DNA of 64,000 nucleotides, from assembly GCA_028534125.1 (NCBI GenBank), contig CM052816.1, positions 6,264,001 through 6,328,000 of the forward strand, read 5' to 3'. A program made the translations under genes and the position numbers. This DNA is from Lama glama. Lineage: Eukaryota. The notes under the pieces were generated by a model, which was given only the letters and a program-made list of their open reading frames with translations, made no database searches and was not told the origin of the DNA. Shown one piece after another: positions 51,260-64,000 of this stretch (its first letter is position 1; every line of letters begins with the position of its first letter).

Positions 51260-51750
51260 AATCAGCAAAGAAAGAGATAATATTGACTCAGAGCTGAGGA
51301 GGACAAGTAGGGATTCGTTTAGCAAAAGACAGGATTTTCTCAGCAGTAAGAGTGGCGGGTATAAATGCCCCAGGATGAGAGAGAGCTTGGTATGTTGATG
51401 GGACGGCAGAGGGTTTATTCCAGGTGGACAGAGTGAGTGGAAAGTGGGGACGCTGAGTGCTGGTGCTGGGGAGGGAGGGGGGAAGGGATTCCCAAGGGCT
51501 TTGTCGGCCCGTCAAGGAGGGTGGACTTGAATCTGAGGACCAGGGGCCCACTGAGGGTTGTAAGGCTCAGTTTACCTTTTATGTGGCCAGATCATGCTGG
51601 CTTCAGTGCTGAGAAAAAAAACGGGATGGGCAGAGTTGAGAAGAAAGCTTGTTTAGGAATACAAGAGACGGACAGTGATAGTCCCCACTAACTGGTGGGA
51701 GGGCAAAGGGGTGATTGATCTGAGAGACATATTGCATAAACCAGACACGA
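51260..51750 (-). mobile_element. L2 LINE fragment
   Basis: caaggagggtggacttgaatctgagg...ggggccactgaggg. Confidence 0.65.
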
Positions 51751-52567
51751 CTCGAAGATCTTCAGATAAATTTACTTATTGCAATTACTATGAAGGATAG
51801 ATACGTACTGTCATTATGCCCAGTTTTCATGTGCGAAAACCAAGCACAGAGGGGCTAAGGAACCTTCCCAGAGCTGCAGCGCTGCTGAGTGGCCAAGCCT
51901 AGACGGGTTTGTGATAGTGGCCCTGCAGAGTCCATGGTCTTCACGTGAACCAAAGTGTCTCTTGGTAAAAACCCAGAAGGCAGCAGGTCCCAGCTCTACC
52001 CTGGATTCCTCTGCAGTCTGGTGTTTTCTCAAGTCGGGGTTCAGACTCATGATTTCTAACAGTAGTAAGTGTCTCTTATAAAGCTTGGCAATTAATGAAG
52101 CCTTTATACGGTGGATGATCTCGGGTAGTCTTTACCTGAATTCTGATAATGTAGGTATTGCTCTCCTTAATCTGTAGATAAAGATTGTGAGATTCAGGTA
52201 GGTCCTCTGTCTCCTAGAAAATGCAAATACAGTCTTATCACTTTGGTCTCAGGACTCCCGTCTCCTAAGAAATGTTGTTTCTACAATAATTTCTCAGTAT
52301 ATGTGTTCACTTAACCTACAGCCCTGGAAAATGACCTACTCTATGCTGGACATCCTTCTGGAAAAGAAAAACGAGTGTCATTTAATGTAGTCACTAAATG
52401 CTCATGAGGGTGATCATCATGCAAAGAAAGCATTTCTACCCAAAGAGGCATGTGTCATATGGGAGTTCGGCCCAAGGTCTGGTACGATCCAGAGGTTCAG
52501 GGAGAGTATCAGAATAGGGAGATGCTTGAGAAGGACTTTGAGGGATCAGTAGAAGTTGTCTAGGTAG

Positions 52568-52816
52568 GAACCACAAGGTCCTATTGTAAAGAACAGGGAA
52601 CTATATTTAATATCTTGAAACGGCCTATAACGAAAAGAATGTATACATGTATAGCTGAATCACTAAGCTGGACACCAGAAATTAACACAGCATTGTAAAT
52701 TGACTATATGTCAGTTAAAAAGCAAAAAACAAAGAAATGAAGAAACAAAAACCTGAATGCAGGAACCACTTCAAAATAAATCTAAAAAAATAAAAGAAAA
52801 TGTTAAGCCTCAAATA
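52568..52816 (+). mobile_element. Camelid L1 3' end with 3' extension
   Basis: caaggtcctattgta...acagggaactatatt...acaccagaaattaacaca; TSD aagttgtctaggtag (52553-52567)/aagttgtcgaggcag (52817-52831). Confidence 0.88.
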
Positions 52817-54084
52817 AAGTTGTCGAGGCAGAAAGGATTTTCATGAAAGAAAAAGACTCAGTGTTGTGTTAATATTTACAAAACAGCTTTTTGCTCAGGT
52901 TTGCTCGTGGACCCCGTTAGCTCTTTTTGGCAGTACAGACATCATTAGCTGGAGTGGAAATACAGCACATGTGAGAGCTGTGTCTTTGTCAAGTTCCTTC
53001 ATCAGTTTCAGTGACTTTTTTAACCACTGGGTTGACTCATTTTATCAACATCAAAAAGAAAACACTCCTAGTCACTCTTGTGTCCCTGAGTAATTTGCTT
53101 GCAGCCTCCAGACCGGCGCCAGAATAACAGAAGACAGACTGTGCCTGGCCTCTGCTCTCCAGAATCCAAGGCCGGCAACACACATTATCTCCTTTGTTTC
53201 TTTCTTCGTTGATTTTTAAGGTGATGATAATAGTTAAATTCAAAATCGATATGGAAGAGAAGTAAACTTTAATATGATGAAAATTGAATTTATCTTTATG
53301 GTCCCCCCCCCGCCCCCAGTATTTACCATTTCTTGGAAATGAGAAGGAAGTTGGGAGGATGATTAGAAATGAGAGGATTGAACATCCCTTTCTTAACTTT
53401 GTCATTCAGTGAATTCTACGAACTCTGTCTGGAAAAAGATTGTTACAGCCTCTTGGAGTAAAAGAGAGAGGTGTTTGATAAGAGAAAATTTGCATTAATG
53501 CCTTACAGTGCCAGCCATCCCCTGGCTCCCTGTCCTAGCCTAGGTAAGGTAATACCATGATTCTTGCTTGCCCAGATCTTTTTGCCTCAGTTTCTCTCCC
53601 CTGAAAGGAGTAAGTCAAATGTCACAGGAACACTAGGTTTGTCACACCCTCTGAGGTCTTGGGAAATGAGTTACCCTGCGAGATCAAGGTATTATCAGAA
53701 GGAAGAGTTTTCACAAAGTACATTCTCACTTGCTTCATAAGACTGGCGAAGTGAAGAATGTCAGAAAAACCCTTCCTAACCCAGAATTACCCAACGCAAG
53801 ACTTCCCACAAGCCCCCCTTTTCTTCCTGTCTCCCCTCTCTTCCTCCTTTACCCTGCTTTCATTCCCCTCCCTTCTCATCAGGATCTCAGAATTTATAGT
53901 ATCATTTATGCCTGTTGATAGTCTCAACATGCTTCTGTGGTGGATTTTTCCAGATACACCCTCTTAATGTTATTCTGCTCAAGTGGTATAAACCGTAACA
54001 GCACAAGGTGCCCCTAGCCAGGAAGACCTGAGGATGGCTTCCTTGAGAGGGACGAAAGATACGGCAGACAATTTGTGCCGTGTG

Positions 54085-54520
54085 TTAAAATGGACATTGT
54101 AATTTTTGCCTTCTCAAAACCTCTTTCCTTGATAAAGAAAACATTCCTCTCCTCTCTTTTAAGACGTGTGGCTCAGGATAAGACTGCCTTCTAATTCCAG
54201 TTCTAGGGGTGGGATGGATGGATGGATGGAAGTCCTGGCCAGTGAGCCTGTTGCAATCCTGATCACAGTGATGAGTTTGGAGATGGGTGTATGGTCTGAG
54301 CCAGACCAGTAAAATATGTTATTGGGACTTCAATTTGAAATATTCAAAAAGAAAAGCCAGCTTTATTCTCTGGTTTCTAACATGTGAAGATGTGAGCCTG
54401 GCTCTCCTGGTGACCATCTTTGCTATAGTTTGGTGGGAAGGCTACCTGAGAATAAAGCCTTCAAAATAGAAAAGTAGATCTGAGATAGACATACTGGCAA
54501 TATTTGAGTCTCCTGCCCCA
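54085..54520 (+). mobile_element. MLT1J-like LTR
   Basis: cacagtgatgagtttggagatggg...gaagatgtgagcctgg...cctgagaataaagcc. Confidence 0.65.
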
Positions 54521-54970
54521 GGAAGGGCTGAAAGCTCTTCTAACTCTTGAGGTTCCTTGTGGCTCATCAGGACCACTGTGGTTTGTCCCTCTACCTGGAA
54601 CTGCCAAGTTCAACTGTAAAACTGCTTACTCATCATACATTTCAATCAGACAAATTGAGAGAGAAAATCCTGTTGTGTTTGCTCACCTTTTGGAACCAGT
54701 GTCTACCATAGACAGCCATCCAGACCTTGGACTGGGTGCCGCTGGGCTTGGTGTCCAAGTCCGCAAATGGGACTCAGCGATGTGTGTTTTAATAGGTGGT
54801 TTTGGTGCACGCTATCGTAGGAGAATATCTGCTCTAGGCTAAAATTGTATTACTTAATTTTTCTACTAAAGTCTTCCTGTCCCAAGCTATTTTTCAGTAC
54901 TGTTTCGTAGTATTCTGCATAGTAGACCCTTTGTTCCAGGATGATCAACTTTTTCACTGTCTTACTGGCA

Positions 54971-55490
54971 TGTATTTTTAAAGAGTAGTTCTATTTTAAG
55001 TAACAGAAACCTAAGTAATATTGGCTGGAGCAAAAGTGAATTTCTTGGCTTAAGCACAGTCATAGAGATGTTCAGGGAGTAACTGGTTCATTTCAGGCAT
55101 GGCTGGATCCAGGTTTTCTGGTCACCAGAAATCACTGTCTGGTTCTGATTCTCTCCATGTTGGTTTCATCCTCAGGCCGGTTCTAACTAGGATGTTGGTT
55201 CTCGGTATCTCCAGGTTTATGTCCTACCAAAGCCTAGCAATCTCTGCAGAAAAGGGTGCTTTTCTTTCCTAATAGTTCTGAATTGGCCCCCTTTTTGAAC
55301 TGAGCCAGGAAGCCACAGGGAGGATGTCCAGTTTTGATTAGCCAGGCCAAAGGCAGAGGCCATCCCTAGAGCCCAGAGCACAGCATCACCTGAGCATGAG
55401 TGAGGGTGATGCTCCCCAAAGGAAAATCAGAGCTCTATACTGGAATAAAAATAATGACTGTGAAGACGAAAGAACAGATACCCACTGTCA
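54971..55490 (-). mobile_element. MLT1J-like LTR
   Basis: aagtaacagaaacc...ttcaggcatggctggatccagg...ccccaaaggaaaatcaga. Confidence 0.7.
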
Positions 55491-57160
55491 TGAATGATCA
55501 TTTTAGACTTGAAACCTTGTGCATTTCTTCCTGACTGGACTGAATGTTCCCATATTCTCTACCTTTTCAAAGTATACTCATCCTTAAAAAGCCCTATTAC
55601 TTTCCACCTCCTGCAACGAGCTTTCTCTGATGCCTGCTGTCTGTACAGTGTTCTGTGTGTCCTGGCAAGCCATGTGACCAGGCATGTGTGTCTGTGTCGT
55701 CATCCCCTCCAGGCTGTGAGCAATCCAAGGGCAGCATGACCCCTATAAATGATATCATTAACTCTTGAGTTCTCATCCGCGTTGAGTGAAGGAATGCACG
55801 TGTGAGTGAATGAAGGGCATTATGAACAAACGAATGACCGGAGAAGACAAATCAATAATAAGCAGGTGCAGCAGAGTCTGGCACAGTAGATGGATTTTAC
55901 GAGTAATGTCTATCTTGATCTGATTTCTGGTTAGGAGACTTCTCCAAACGTGGAACCACATGTTGCCAGCAGGCATCATAGCATCATTCACTACTTTTCC
56001 TCTGACTGAGGCTCAGTAGTCAGAGTCCTTAAGCATTGGTAAGGGAGTCTTGAATCATGTGATAAAATATCCAAGATAGACTTCGCAACACCGGGATAAA
56101 ATTAGAGGCATAAAATATTTCAGCGAGAAGGAACCTAAAGTTTACTAGAATTGGAGTCTAAATTCCTAAATTTACAGAAGACAACACCTGGGTTCAGATA
56201 TCAATACATTCCCTCAAATCCTTTACCCTTTAAGGAACTTCTCAGGCCAGCCAATCAATAATCGTACTCCCCTCACCTCGCACACAATCAAATATACTAT
56301 GTACTATAAGTATTTATCTGATTTATTGACTTTTCCACTAGGGTATAAGTTCATGAGGGTGAGAATTTTTGTTCTGACTTCCCTCCCCTACTGTGAAAGA
56401 AGCCAATTTTGCATCTATTTACAAATTCACTTAAATATTGATGATTACTAAATGTGCCTGTTCTTTGACTCCACCTGTGAACTTCCTGGTTCAACATGTG
56501 CCCGGTTCTTCATTAATAAAGAGCTAAATAAAATTCTTAACATGTGCTTATTTTATATCTGCAGGAAAGTCCTGATTTTAGGGTTTGTGTTTTTTTTAAT
56601 TATCCTCTAAAAGTTCATTGTTGTATCTTGAGAGTCAGAATAGTCCTTGTCACATAGGAGGTATTAAATAAGCATGTGTAGACTATATGAATAGTTTTGG
56701 TCAGCACCATGGGCTAGACATGCGCGTCAGTGCCATGAAGCGTTAGGGCTGAGTTCAACCACATGGTCAAGCTCAGCTGGCTTTCCTCTAGCGTGAGGAA
56801 ACCTCTCTTCCTGCTTCCCAGCGTCCCCTCCCGTCAGTGTATAGGGAGAAAACTGCCTTCTTGGTTAATGATTCAAACTCTGATTGAATTACATGTAAAC
56901 TTTACATCAGGAGATCCATAACTAGTAACAAAACAAAACTAATGTGTTAACCTTCAATGGTTTTTATAGTCACAGAAATGAGATAAAATATATGGATTTG
57001 TATATGATTCAGCACTTATCCTCCTCCTCCTCCAATGTGAACCTGCTAATGATAGGTAGAAATATTTCTGAACCTGACCAGCCACTGCTGGAGATGTTTT
57101 TGGTAACTCCTTACTGCTTCACACTGAAGCAGCATTTTACAAAGGGTTTGTATTATATAT

Positions 57161-57162
<2 letters not shown>

Positions 57163-57204
<42 letters not shown>
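57163..57204 (+). repeat. (GT)21 microsatellite within a MIR
   Basis: Direct reading. Confidence 0.97.
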
Positions 57205-57207
<3 letters not shown>

Positions 57208-57785
57208 CTCAAGAGAGGAGAGAGGTAGGTGGTATCAGCCTCATCTTATGGGTAAAGGAAATAATCCTGGGAGGCCAGTGACTTTTCCAAGGTGATGCGA
57301 CTAGTACCTGAATCTTGAAATTACATCGCATTTGTGCACTTGACCAGCTTGCCCGGTAAGGAGTGTCCAAGGCTGCTTTATGATTGCCTGAAGTACTTTG
57401 GTAATAATGACATTTACTTTCAGTATGGTACTTTTGTAAAAATGGAATTGAAGAACAGAATTGTGATCAAAGGCATACTTTGATAGTGAAAATTTAGCAG
57501 AAAATGAGAAATCTTAGGAGTAAAATCAAACTGAAAAAATTAGGTAGTTCTTTAAACGTGAGTTTCAAAGGCATGTCTTACAGCAGTTCAGTGACAGTTT
57601 TCTTCATTTTTGAGCATGTTCATAAATACATGTATTCTCACACGTACCACCTTTATATATGATCCTGAAGTTTCACCATTACAGAGATGTCTCTTATCTG
57701 TTCCGTGGCATGTAAAAGAGTGTCCTACATGTGGTCATCCCATTCTTCCATAGTGTAGAGTTCTTCATAACTAAATGCTAATAAA

Positions 57786-59285
57786 GACTTCTGTTTCCAG
57801 GAAGATAGACTAGAAGTAATTTTCTCTATTTCTCCCATTAAGTAAAATTAAAAATCCCTAGACATGATACAAAAGGCAAACATAAGACTCTGAGAAGGCG
57901 AGGGAAGAAAGCAGATCAGCTCCATCAGCTGTCTAAAACATTGTAATGGTGCAGTGGGACACCCACAGGCACAGCATTGCCACCACGAAACAAAAACCAC
58001 ATGGCCCTGAGTGTCACACCTTATACGAGTATGAACTCACAATGGGATCATGAACTTAACTTTTATAGTTCTTACATATTCCAGTTTTATTTTTCAAAGG
58101 AGAGGAAATCTTCAGTATCTGCAGCTAGGTAAACAAGTTCTCAGGCTTGACAGCAACAACGTAATCCATACAAAGAAAGTTATAAATCGGACTTCACGGA
58201 AATTAAAACTTTTGCTCTTTGAAAGACTCTTGTAAGGGGATAAAAAAACGATAGATTAGTAGAAGATATTTGCAAACCATACATCCAATAAGCAACTTGT
58301 CTCTGGAATATATAAAGAACACTTGAAATTTAACAGTATAAAAGCAAAAGTTTAATGAGAAAATGGGAAAAAAGATATGGAGAGACTTTTCACCAGAGAG
58401 TGTATACATATTGCAAAGAAGCCCATGAAAAGATGTGTAACATCACCAACCAGTAGGAAAATGCAAATGAAAATCAAAATATCATTACACACTTACCAGA
58501 ATGGCTGAGATAAAAAGAATACGGACACCTCCAAATGCTGATGAGAATGTGAAGGAACGGAATCACTCATATGTTGCTGATGGGGGTATAAAATAATACA
58601 ACTACTCTGGAAAAGAGTTTGGCAGTTTTTGTTCAAAAAGAAAAAAAAAGCTTACCATCCAGTTACTGTAGGACCCAGCAATTAACTGGAGTAACTACTA
58701 CAGAAATACTCGAGCAATACTTTTGAGCATTATCCCAGAGAAATAAAAACTTATTAAGTTCATATGAAAACCTGGACACAAATGTTTATAGCAACTTTAT
58801 TCATAATAATCCCAAACTAAAAAAAATCTGGGTTCAGTTGGTGAAGAGTCAAACTGTGGTATATACGTACCGTGGACCACTATGCAGCAATAAAAATGAA
58901 CAAACTGTTGAAGCAGACAGCAATCTGGATGAATCTAGAGACTAATTCTCAGAGAAAAGAGCCAGTCCCAAAAGGTCACCTACTATGTGATTCCATTTAG
59001 ATAACATTCTTAAAATGACAAAATTTTAGTGGTTATTGGTTGCTACCGGTTAAGGAGAAGGAGGTGTGAGAGTCTGTGGGTCTGTAGATGTGTACCGTGA
59101 GTGATCTCGTGATGATGGAACTGTTCTGTATTTTGATCATGTCAATGTGAGTCTCTTAGTTGAGATAAATTTTTGCAAGACGTTATCTTTGGTGAACACT
59201 GTGTAAAGAATACACAGGATCCCTTTGTAGTATTTTTTAAAGTGCATGTGAATTAACAAATATCTAAAAACAGTTTCATTAAAAA
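57786..59285 (+). mobile_element. L1MC1-like element: 5' end joined to ORF2 end/3' UTR
   Basis: L1M 5'-like start gacttctgtttccaggaagat; 3' end gatggaactgttctgtattttga...ttttgcaagacgtta...gcatgtgaat. Confidence 0.8.
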
Positions 59286-59659
59286 GGTGAAGACAACAAA
59301 ATATTGTAATAATATAAAAAAAAAGTGTTCAAGGATCGTCAGCGTTTGGCGAAGAGCAGGTTAACTAATGCTAAGTTTCTTCATCGCAGAGCTCCAGGGG
59401 GTGCTTAGGTGATTTGTGTCTTTCCAGAAGGAGGTTATATTCTGCTGCACTTTCCAGGCTTATTTGAGTGTGGAACACTTTTAAAAGGAGTGTTACTGAC
59501 ATCTTGTTGAAACAGCATTCTGGAAAAACAGACTATTATTTTTTATATAATAGACTAAAACATCTAATATATAATGAGTGTTTTTCATCTTCCGGGTACC
59601 TGTTTAAGTATATTTTGTACAGCGAGCTCATGGAATCCTTATAAGAACTCTGCATGGGG

Positions 59660-59940
59660 AGAAAAGCAGGCTGCTGATGTTTGGATTCTGCCCAGGGGTT
59701 GTGATATAAGTCTGGCTTGGGGTCAGGGTGTTGGGAGTTTTAAAAGCCTCACAAGTGACTGTAATTTGAAGCCAACGTTAAGTAAGGCTCTAGTGGAGGT
59801 CCTTGGTACTCAAATGGTGGTCTGTGGTCCAGCAGGGCATGCAGAGTATCAGGTCCCACCAGGCCTACTGAGTCTAAATCTGTGTTTTCACAAGTCCCTC
59901 AAGTCATTTGTACATATTTATGATTTAAAGTATAGGTCTA
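59660..59940. mobile_element. Two adjacent MER5-type MITEs nested in a MIR
   Basis: ttttaaaagcctcacaagtgactgtaat; cctactgagtctaaatctgtgttttcacaagtccc. Confidence 0.65.
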
Positions 59941-60177
59941 TGTAATAGCTAGTAAATTGTGGAGATAAGATTTGAACACATAGTGTCTGTCTGTATTTAC
60001 TGTCTGCGGTCTTAAAAGCACAGTCTAGACAGAGCATGTGTATTTTTAATCAAATGCACTGGAAATAAATGAGGGCCAAGCAAGTGTGCGGGGGCATTGC
60101 ACTAAAGAGGAATTGCCAGTGAGAGCGCGGGAATGGTGACTCCAGTGTGAGAGCTGATGGCGGTGTTTTGTTCTCAG

Positions 60178-60306
60178 CTGTCGAGTCCCTTGTTGGGTTG
60201 GTGCATTTAGTGCGGGCGCCATTAATTACAAGGACCTCTACTGGCATCTGAGAGGATGCAGTGGAGAAGCGCTCGGGAAGCTCTTCAGATAAGAAAGGAG
60301 CAGAAG
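60178..60306 (+). other. Candidate 129-nt exon or conserved element
   Basis: Branch-like CTGAT at ~60154; acceptor gttttgttctcAG; donor AAG|GTGAGT; CpG-enriched, non-repeat. Confidence 0.35.
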
Positions 60307-60689
60307 GTGAGTATGTAAGGGGAGCCTTAGAGGAGAAGATGAGGCCAGAATTCACAGGGAGCAGGTGAGAGTACAGGGACCTAAATGTACCCCGTTAGTG
60401 GTGACTTGCATTGTCATAGAAGCCTGAATTTCTGGTTACTAGAATATTCAGTAGAGGCTGATTGACATTTGCTGTGAGGATGCTATAAAGAGAGGAACTT
60501 TTGGTGACTGCATAGTCCTAACTCCGAGACTTTGTCAGAAGCTAAATTAGATGTGACCTCTGTCCACTAGGAGTCGATAATGTAAAAAAAAAAAGTTTCC
60601 TTTATCTCTCCATGCTCCTCCTCCTTCCCCTTTCTCATCTTCCCTGTTTTATATAGAACATTCAATTAGATATCGACTAGAAACAGAAA

Positions 60690-61480
60690 AGAATGAGACA
60701 ATTTCTATGCATCAGGAATATGAAACCAGTGAAGAGTGATACTGAAAACCATTATTTTTGTACAGAACCCACAGCCGAATTAACAGGAGAGGTGAAAAAT
60801 CCTGTAGAATGCAGAAAGGAGGGTAACTGCATGTTACATGTGAGGGCAGGGGTGAGGGCAGGTTTCGCAGAGAAGTGGCGCATTTTCTCTGAGCCTTGCT
60901 GTGGGCTGAGACTGCAGAGGGTTGAACAGTGTTGTGCGTTTGACCCAGGGTGTGAAACTGAAGGTGGTGTTGAAACGTGATGCACATTTAAGGAGACGGG
61001 GAACAAAATGAGGTTGGAAAGGGTAGGAAGGAGTGACTCTGGGGGAGCCTTTGAATGTTCAACTATGAGCACAGAGCTTTGTTCTGTGGGCAGCGGGGAG
61101 CTCGTGAAGATGTTGGAGGCCAGAACTGAGCAGAGTGAAGAACAGTGGGAACTTGGCCACACGCTGCCTGAGATGCTGAACCAGTTCTGCCACTTGCTTG
61201 TCACAAGCCATGCAGAAAAGCCCTCATCCCCCAGAGCCTAGGCTTAACCTATTTGTGAAACAGGGATGACTCCTAGTATTGCTGTCAGGCATAAAACGCT
61301 CCACGTAAAGCTCTGAGCATAGGGCTTGGCACTGAGTAAATTCTGGATAAGTATTTTAATGGTGACAATTATCCAAGTGTAGGAAGATACCTGATAATGG
61401 TGAAATAGGCATGAGGAAATGGAGCTTGCGGAGATGCTGAGGACCCTCTTTAGAGGTCTGGGCTCCCAAGGGAGTGAACC
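60690..61480 (-). mobile_element. L2 fragments with an embedded MIR (~61140-61360)
   Basis: gagccttgaatg-type and ctttgttctgtgggcagcggggagc L2 motifs; MIR core ctgccacttgct. Confidence 0.6.
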
Positions 61481-62361
61481 TCAGGTTCAAAGTTAGCAGA
61501 AAGAATTCCCCATTCTTCTCATGCTGTATTTACCCTGTTCATCGCCTGGGTTCCCAAGGGTCCATTTAGCATGTTCGAGCAGCAGATTTAGCAGTAATGG
61601 AGTTTATTTTATTGAATTAAAAAATCTATAGGTGTACAAGCTTAGCAATTTTGAAAGTATCATAATTACAGCTCATGGACTAACTGGATTTAGATGTAGA
61701 GGGAGGTTTTTCTTCATCAGAGGATTAAGTAGAAGCAGAATGAAATTTCTAGAGCAGATTAGGACAACGCTACCACCACTGACTCTATAGTGAGATACTT
61801 TCTTAGGGCAGAATATGTGATGGTGTTTCCCAGCAGAGGTGTTTTTAGCCTTCTGGAAGGAACCTTTCAACCCTGCAAGATTTCATTAAGCATTGAGATG
61901 TTTTGAGCCCTGGCTGTGGTCATTAAATGCTGGAATCACTCCTTGTGATGACCAGATAGCACCCACCACTGTCCTGCAACATGAAACACACTACCCATTG
62001 CCAAAGGTCCCTAGATAGTGGTGGGTGGGCACACACCTCGCTGACACCTCTTGTGAAGAAGCTGTCTGTTAGCAAAAAGGCTGGTTAGATTCTAGCTCTA
62101 CCCAACTGTGGCTAATTTAGCAAGTAAGGGCTGGAACTTAGCAGTTTGACCTTGAACAAGAAAGTTACCCCTACTGATGCCTCAGTCTCCTATGCTGTAA
62201 AATGACTCCCCCCAAAAAGAAAAACCACTTAGCACAAATTTATTGAGTTCTTAAGATGTAAGGGTTAATAATTCTATCTAGCTGAAAGTTTATCTGGGAG
62301 TTGGCTCTGGGGTATCTTGTTTGGTACATGACAGGTGCTCAATAAATAGTAATAATTTTAC

Positions 62362-62790
62362 TACATTTAATCGAATCTAAGATGCTATGGATTATAAAAT
62401 GCACCATCACTTTTAAATTGAGGAGGAGGAAAAAGCTGCCAATTAAATGGTGACACACGACTCTCTCTCATCATTTAGAACGTCTATGTATTTGTATCAT
62501 TATGTGTACTTTGGATTTATTTGGAAACTTTTTATTCCTATATTACTGTGGTGCTTATTTAAAAGGAAAATAGGAACAAAGAAGCTATTTCTAAAACTTC
62601 ACATTCAGGGTTAAACTCTGATGACACGCTTTTAATTTGATTGTCAGCAGTGTTTTATAATCTGTCAGTGGGGCCAGGCTGGAGTTGTACCACAGTTTTA
62701 CGACACAAAATCCTCCTCTCTGCCATCAGAAACAGTTGAGATGGAGCAGTTTGAAGGAATCTGTCCAGGTGCGGGGCTCTGAAGGAGACT
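62362..62790. mobile_element. Kanga/MER104-type TcMar-Tc2 DNA transposon fragment
   Basis: atttaatcgaatctaagatgctatggattataaaatgcaccat resembles the terminal repeat. Confidence 0.6.
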
Positions 62791-62936
62791 TTGCTTGTAA
62801 GGTCTGCATCAGGAATACTGGGGAACACTTGATTCACCCCTGTTCTCCCTTCTCTCTATACCATTTGCCTTCTTGTGGTTGTGTATTTATATATTACCTT
62901 CAGGATTTTCTTCCAAGGTGCTGATACCTATTGTGC

Positions 62937-64000
62937 TTTTTTTTAAAGCTTTGTTTATTTTTAAATTAAAAAAAGTTTTATTGAAGTTGATCTACAGTGT
63001 GTTAATTTCTGGTGTATAGCACAGTGATTCATTTATACACACATATATTCCTTTTCAAATTTGTTTTCATTTTAGGCTGTTACAAGGTATTAAATATAGC
63101 TCCCTGTGCTATACAGTAGGACCTTGTTGTTTATCTAGTTTGTGTATAGTAGTTAGTATCTGTAAATCTCAAACTCCCAATTTATCCCTCCCCCACTTCA
63201 CCCCCCACTGTAAACATAAGTTTGTTTTCTGTGTCTGTGAGTCTGCCTGTTTTGTAAATAAGTTTGTTTGTTTTCTTTGTTCTTCTTTTTAGATTCTGCA
63301 TATAATGATAACCATAAAGGAATTTTTCTCTCTTTCTGGCTTAGTTCACTTAGTATGATGATCTCCGGTCCATCCATGTTGCTGCAAATTCTTTTTTATG
63401 GCTGAGCAGTATTCCAGTGTATAAACACACACACACACACACACACACACACGACAACTTCTTTATCCAGCCATTTGTCCATGGACATTTAAGCTGCTTC
63501 CATGTCTTGGCTATTGTCAGTAGTGTTGCTATGAACAGTGGGGTGCATGTATCTTTTCGAATTAGAGTTCCCTCCAGATAGATGCCCAGGAGTGGGTTTT
63601 CTGGATCATAGGGTAAATCTATTTTCAGTGTTTTAAGGAATTTCCATGCTGTTTTCCATAATGTCGACACCAGTCTACATTGCCACCCAGCAGTGAAGGA
63701 GGGCTCCCTTTTCTCCACACCCTCTCCAGCAGTTACTGTTGGTGGACTTACTAATGATGGCCTTTCTGACCAGTGTGAGGTGGTACTTCATGGTAGTTTT
63801 TATTTGCATTTCCCTGATAATTAGTGATAGACTTTTTTTTTAATGTGCCTATTGGCCATTTGTATGAAAGGCAAAAATAAACAAATGGGACCTAATTAAG
63901 CTTATAAGCTTTTGCACAGAAAAGGAAGCCATAAATAAAATGAAGAGACAACCTATGGACTGGGAGAAAATATTTGCAAAGGATGTGACTGACAAGGGCT
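62937..64000 (-). mobile_element. Camelid L1 3' portion with 5' inversion; includes an ORF2 C-terminal remnant and (CA)n
   Basis: ORF 63350-63718(-) reads LWKTAWKFLKTLKIDLPYDPENPLLGIY...TCTPLFIATLLTIAKTWKQ (L1 ORF2); switches to sense ORF2 sequence at ~63866. Confidence 0.93.

Noticed and set aside
56700..56780. REST/RE1 site (TCAGCACCATGG) or tRNA-like SINE head
   Set aside because: Only the left RE1 half matches (GGGCTA instead of GGACAG); tRNA resemblance too weak
63350..63718. 122-aa ORF
   Set aside because: Decayed L1 ORF2 C-terminus reading into a dinucleotide repeat; not a host gene

Overview
Mammalian genomic DNA, most likely camelid (Camelus/Vicugna), judged from a tRNA-derived SINE at 34796-34895 and cetartiodactyl-type L1 3' ends. 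I found no intact protein-coding gene, structural RNA gene, CRISPR array or operon. The listed ORFs are chance ORFs, repeat-derived or N-gap artefacts; 63350-63718 is a decayed L1 ORF2 C-terminus. The window is largely transposon fossils (MIR, L2, L3/CR1, L1, MaLR/ERVL/ERV1 solo LTRs, hAT and Tigger DNA transposons), with a 500-N gap at 24094-24593. The antisense bias of ERV LTRs and L1s, plus several + strand exon-like segments, suggests a large intron or 5' region of an unidentified + strand gene. Most notable are two MER41-like solo LTRs, one keeping and one lacking the STAT-motif block; a SINE-L1 chimera inside one target-site duplication (TSD); two 5'-inverted L1s; an L1 with a 3' extension; a possible AmnSINE1 relic; and several candidate regulatory elements or alternative exons. 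I cannot support a novel biological system here. Repeat names come from recalled consensus sequences, not a database search, and boundaries without a stated TSD are approximate.
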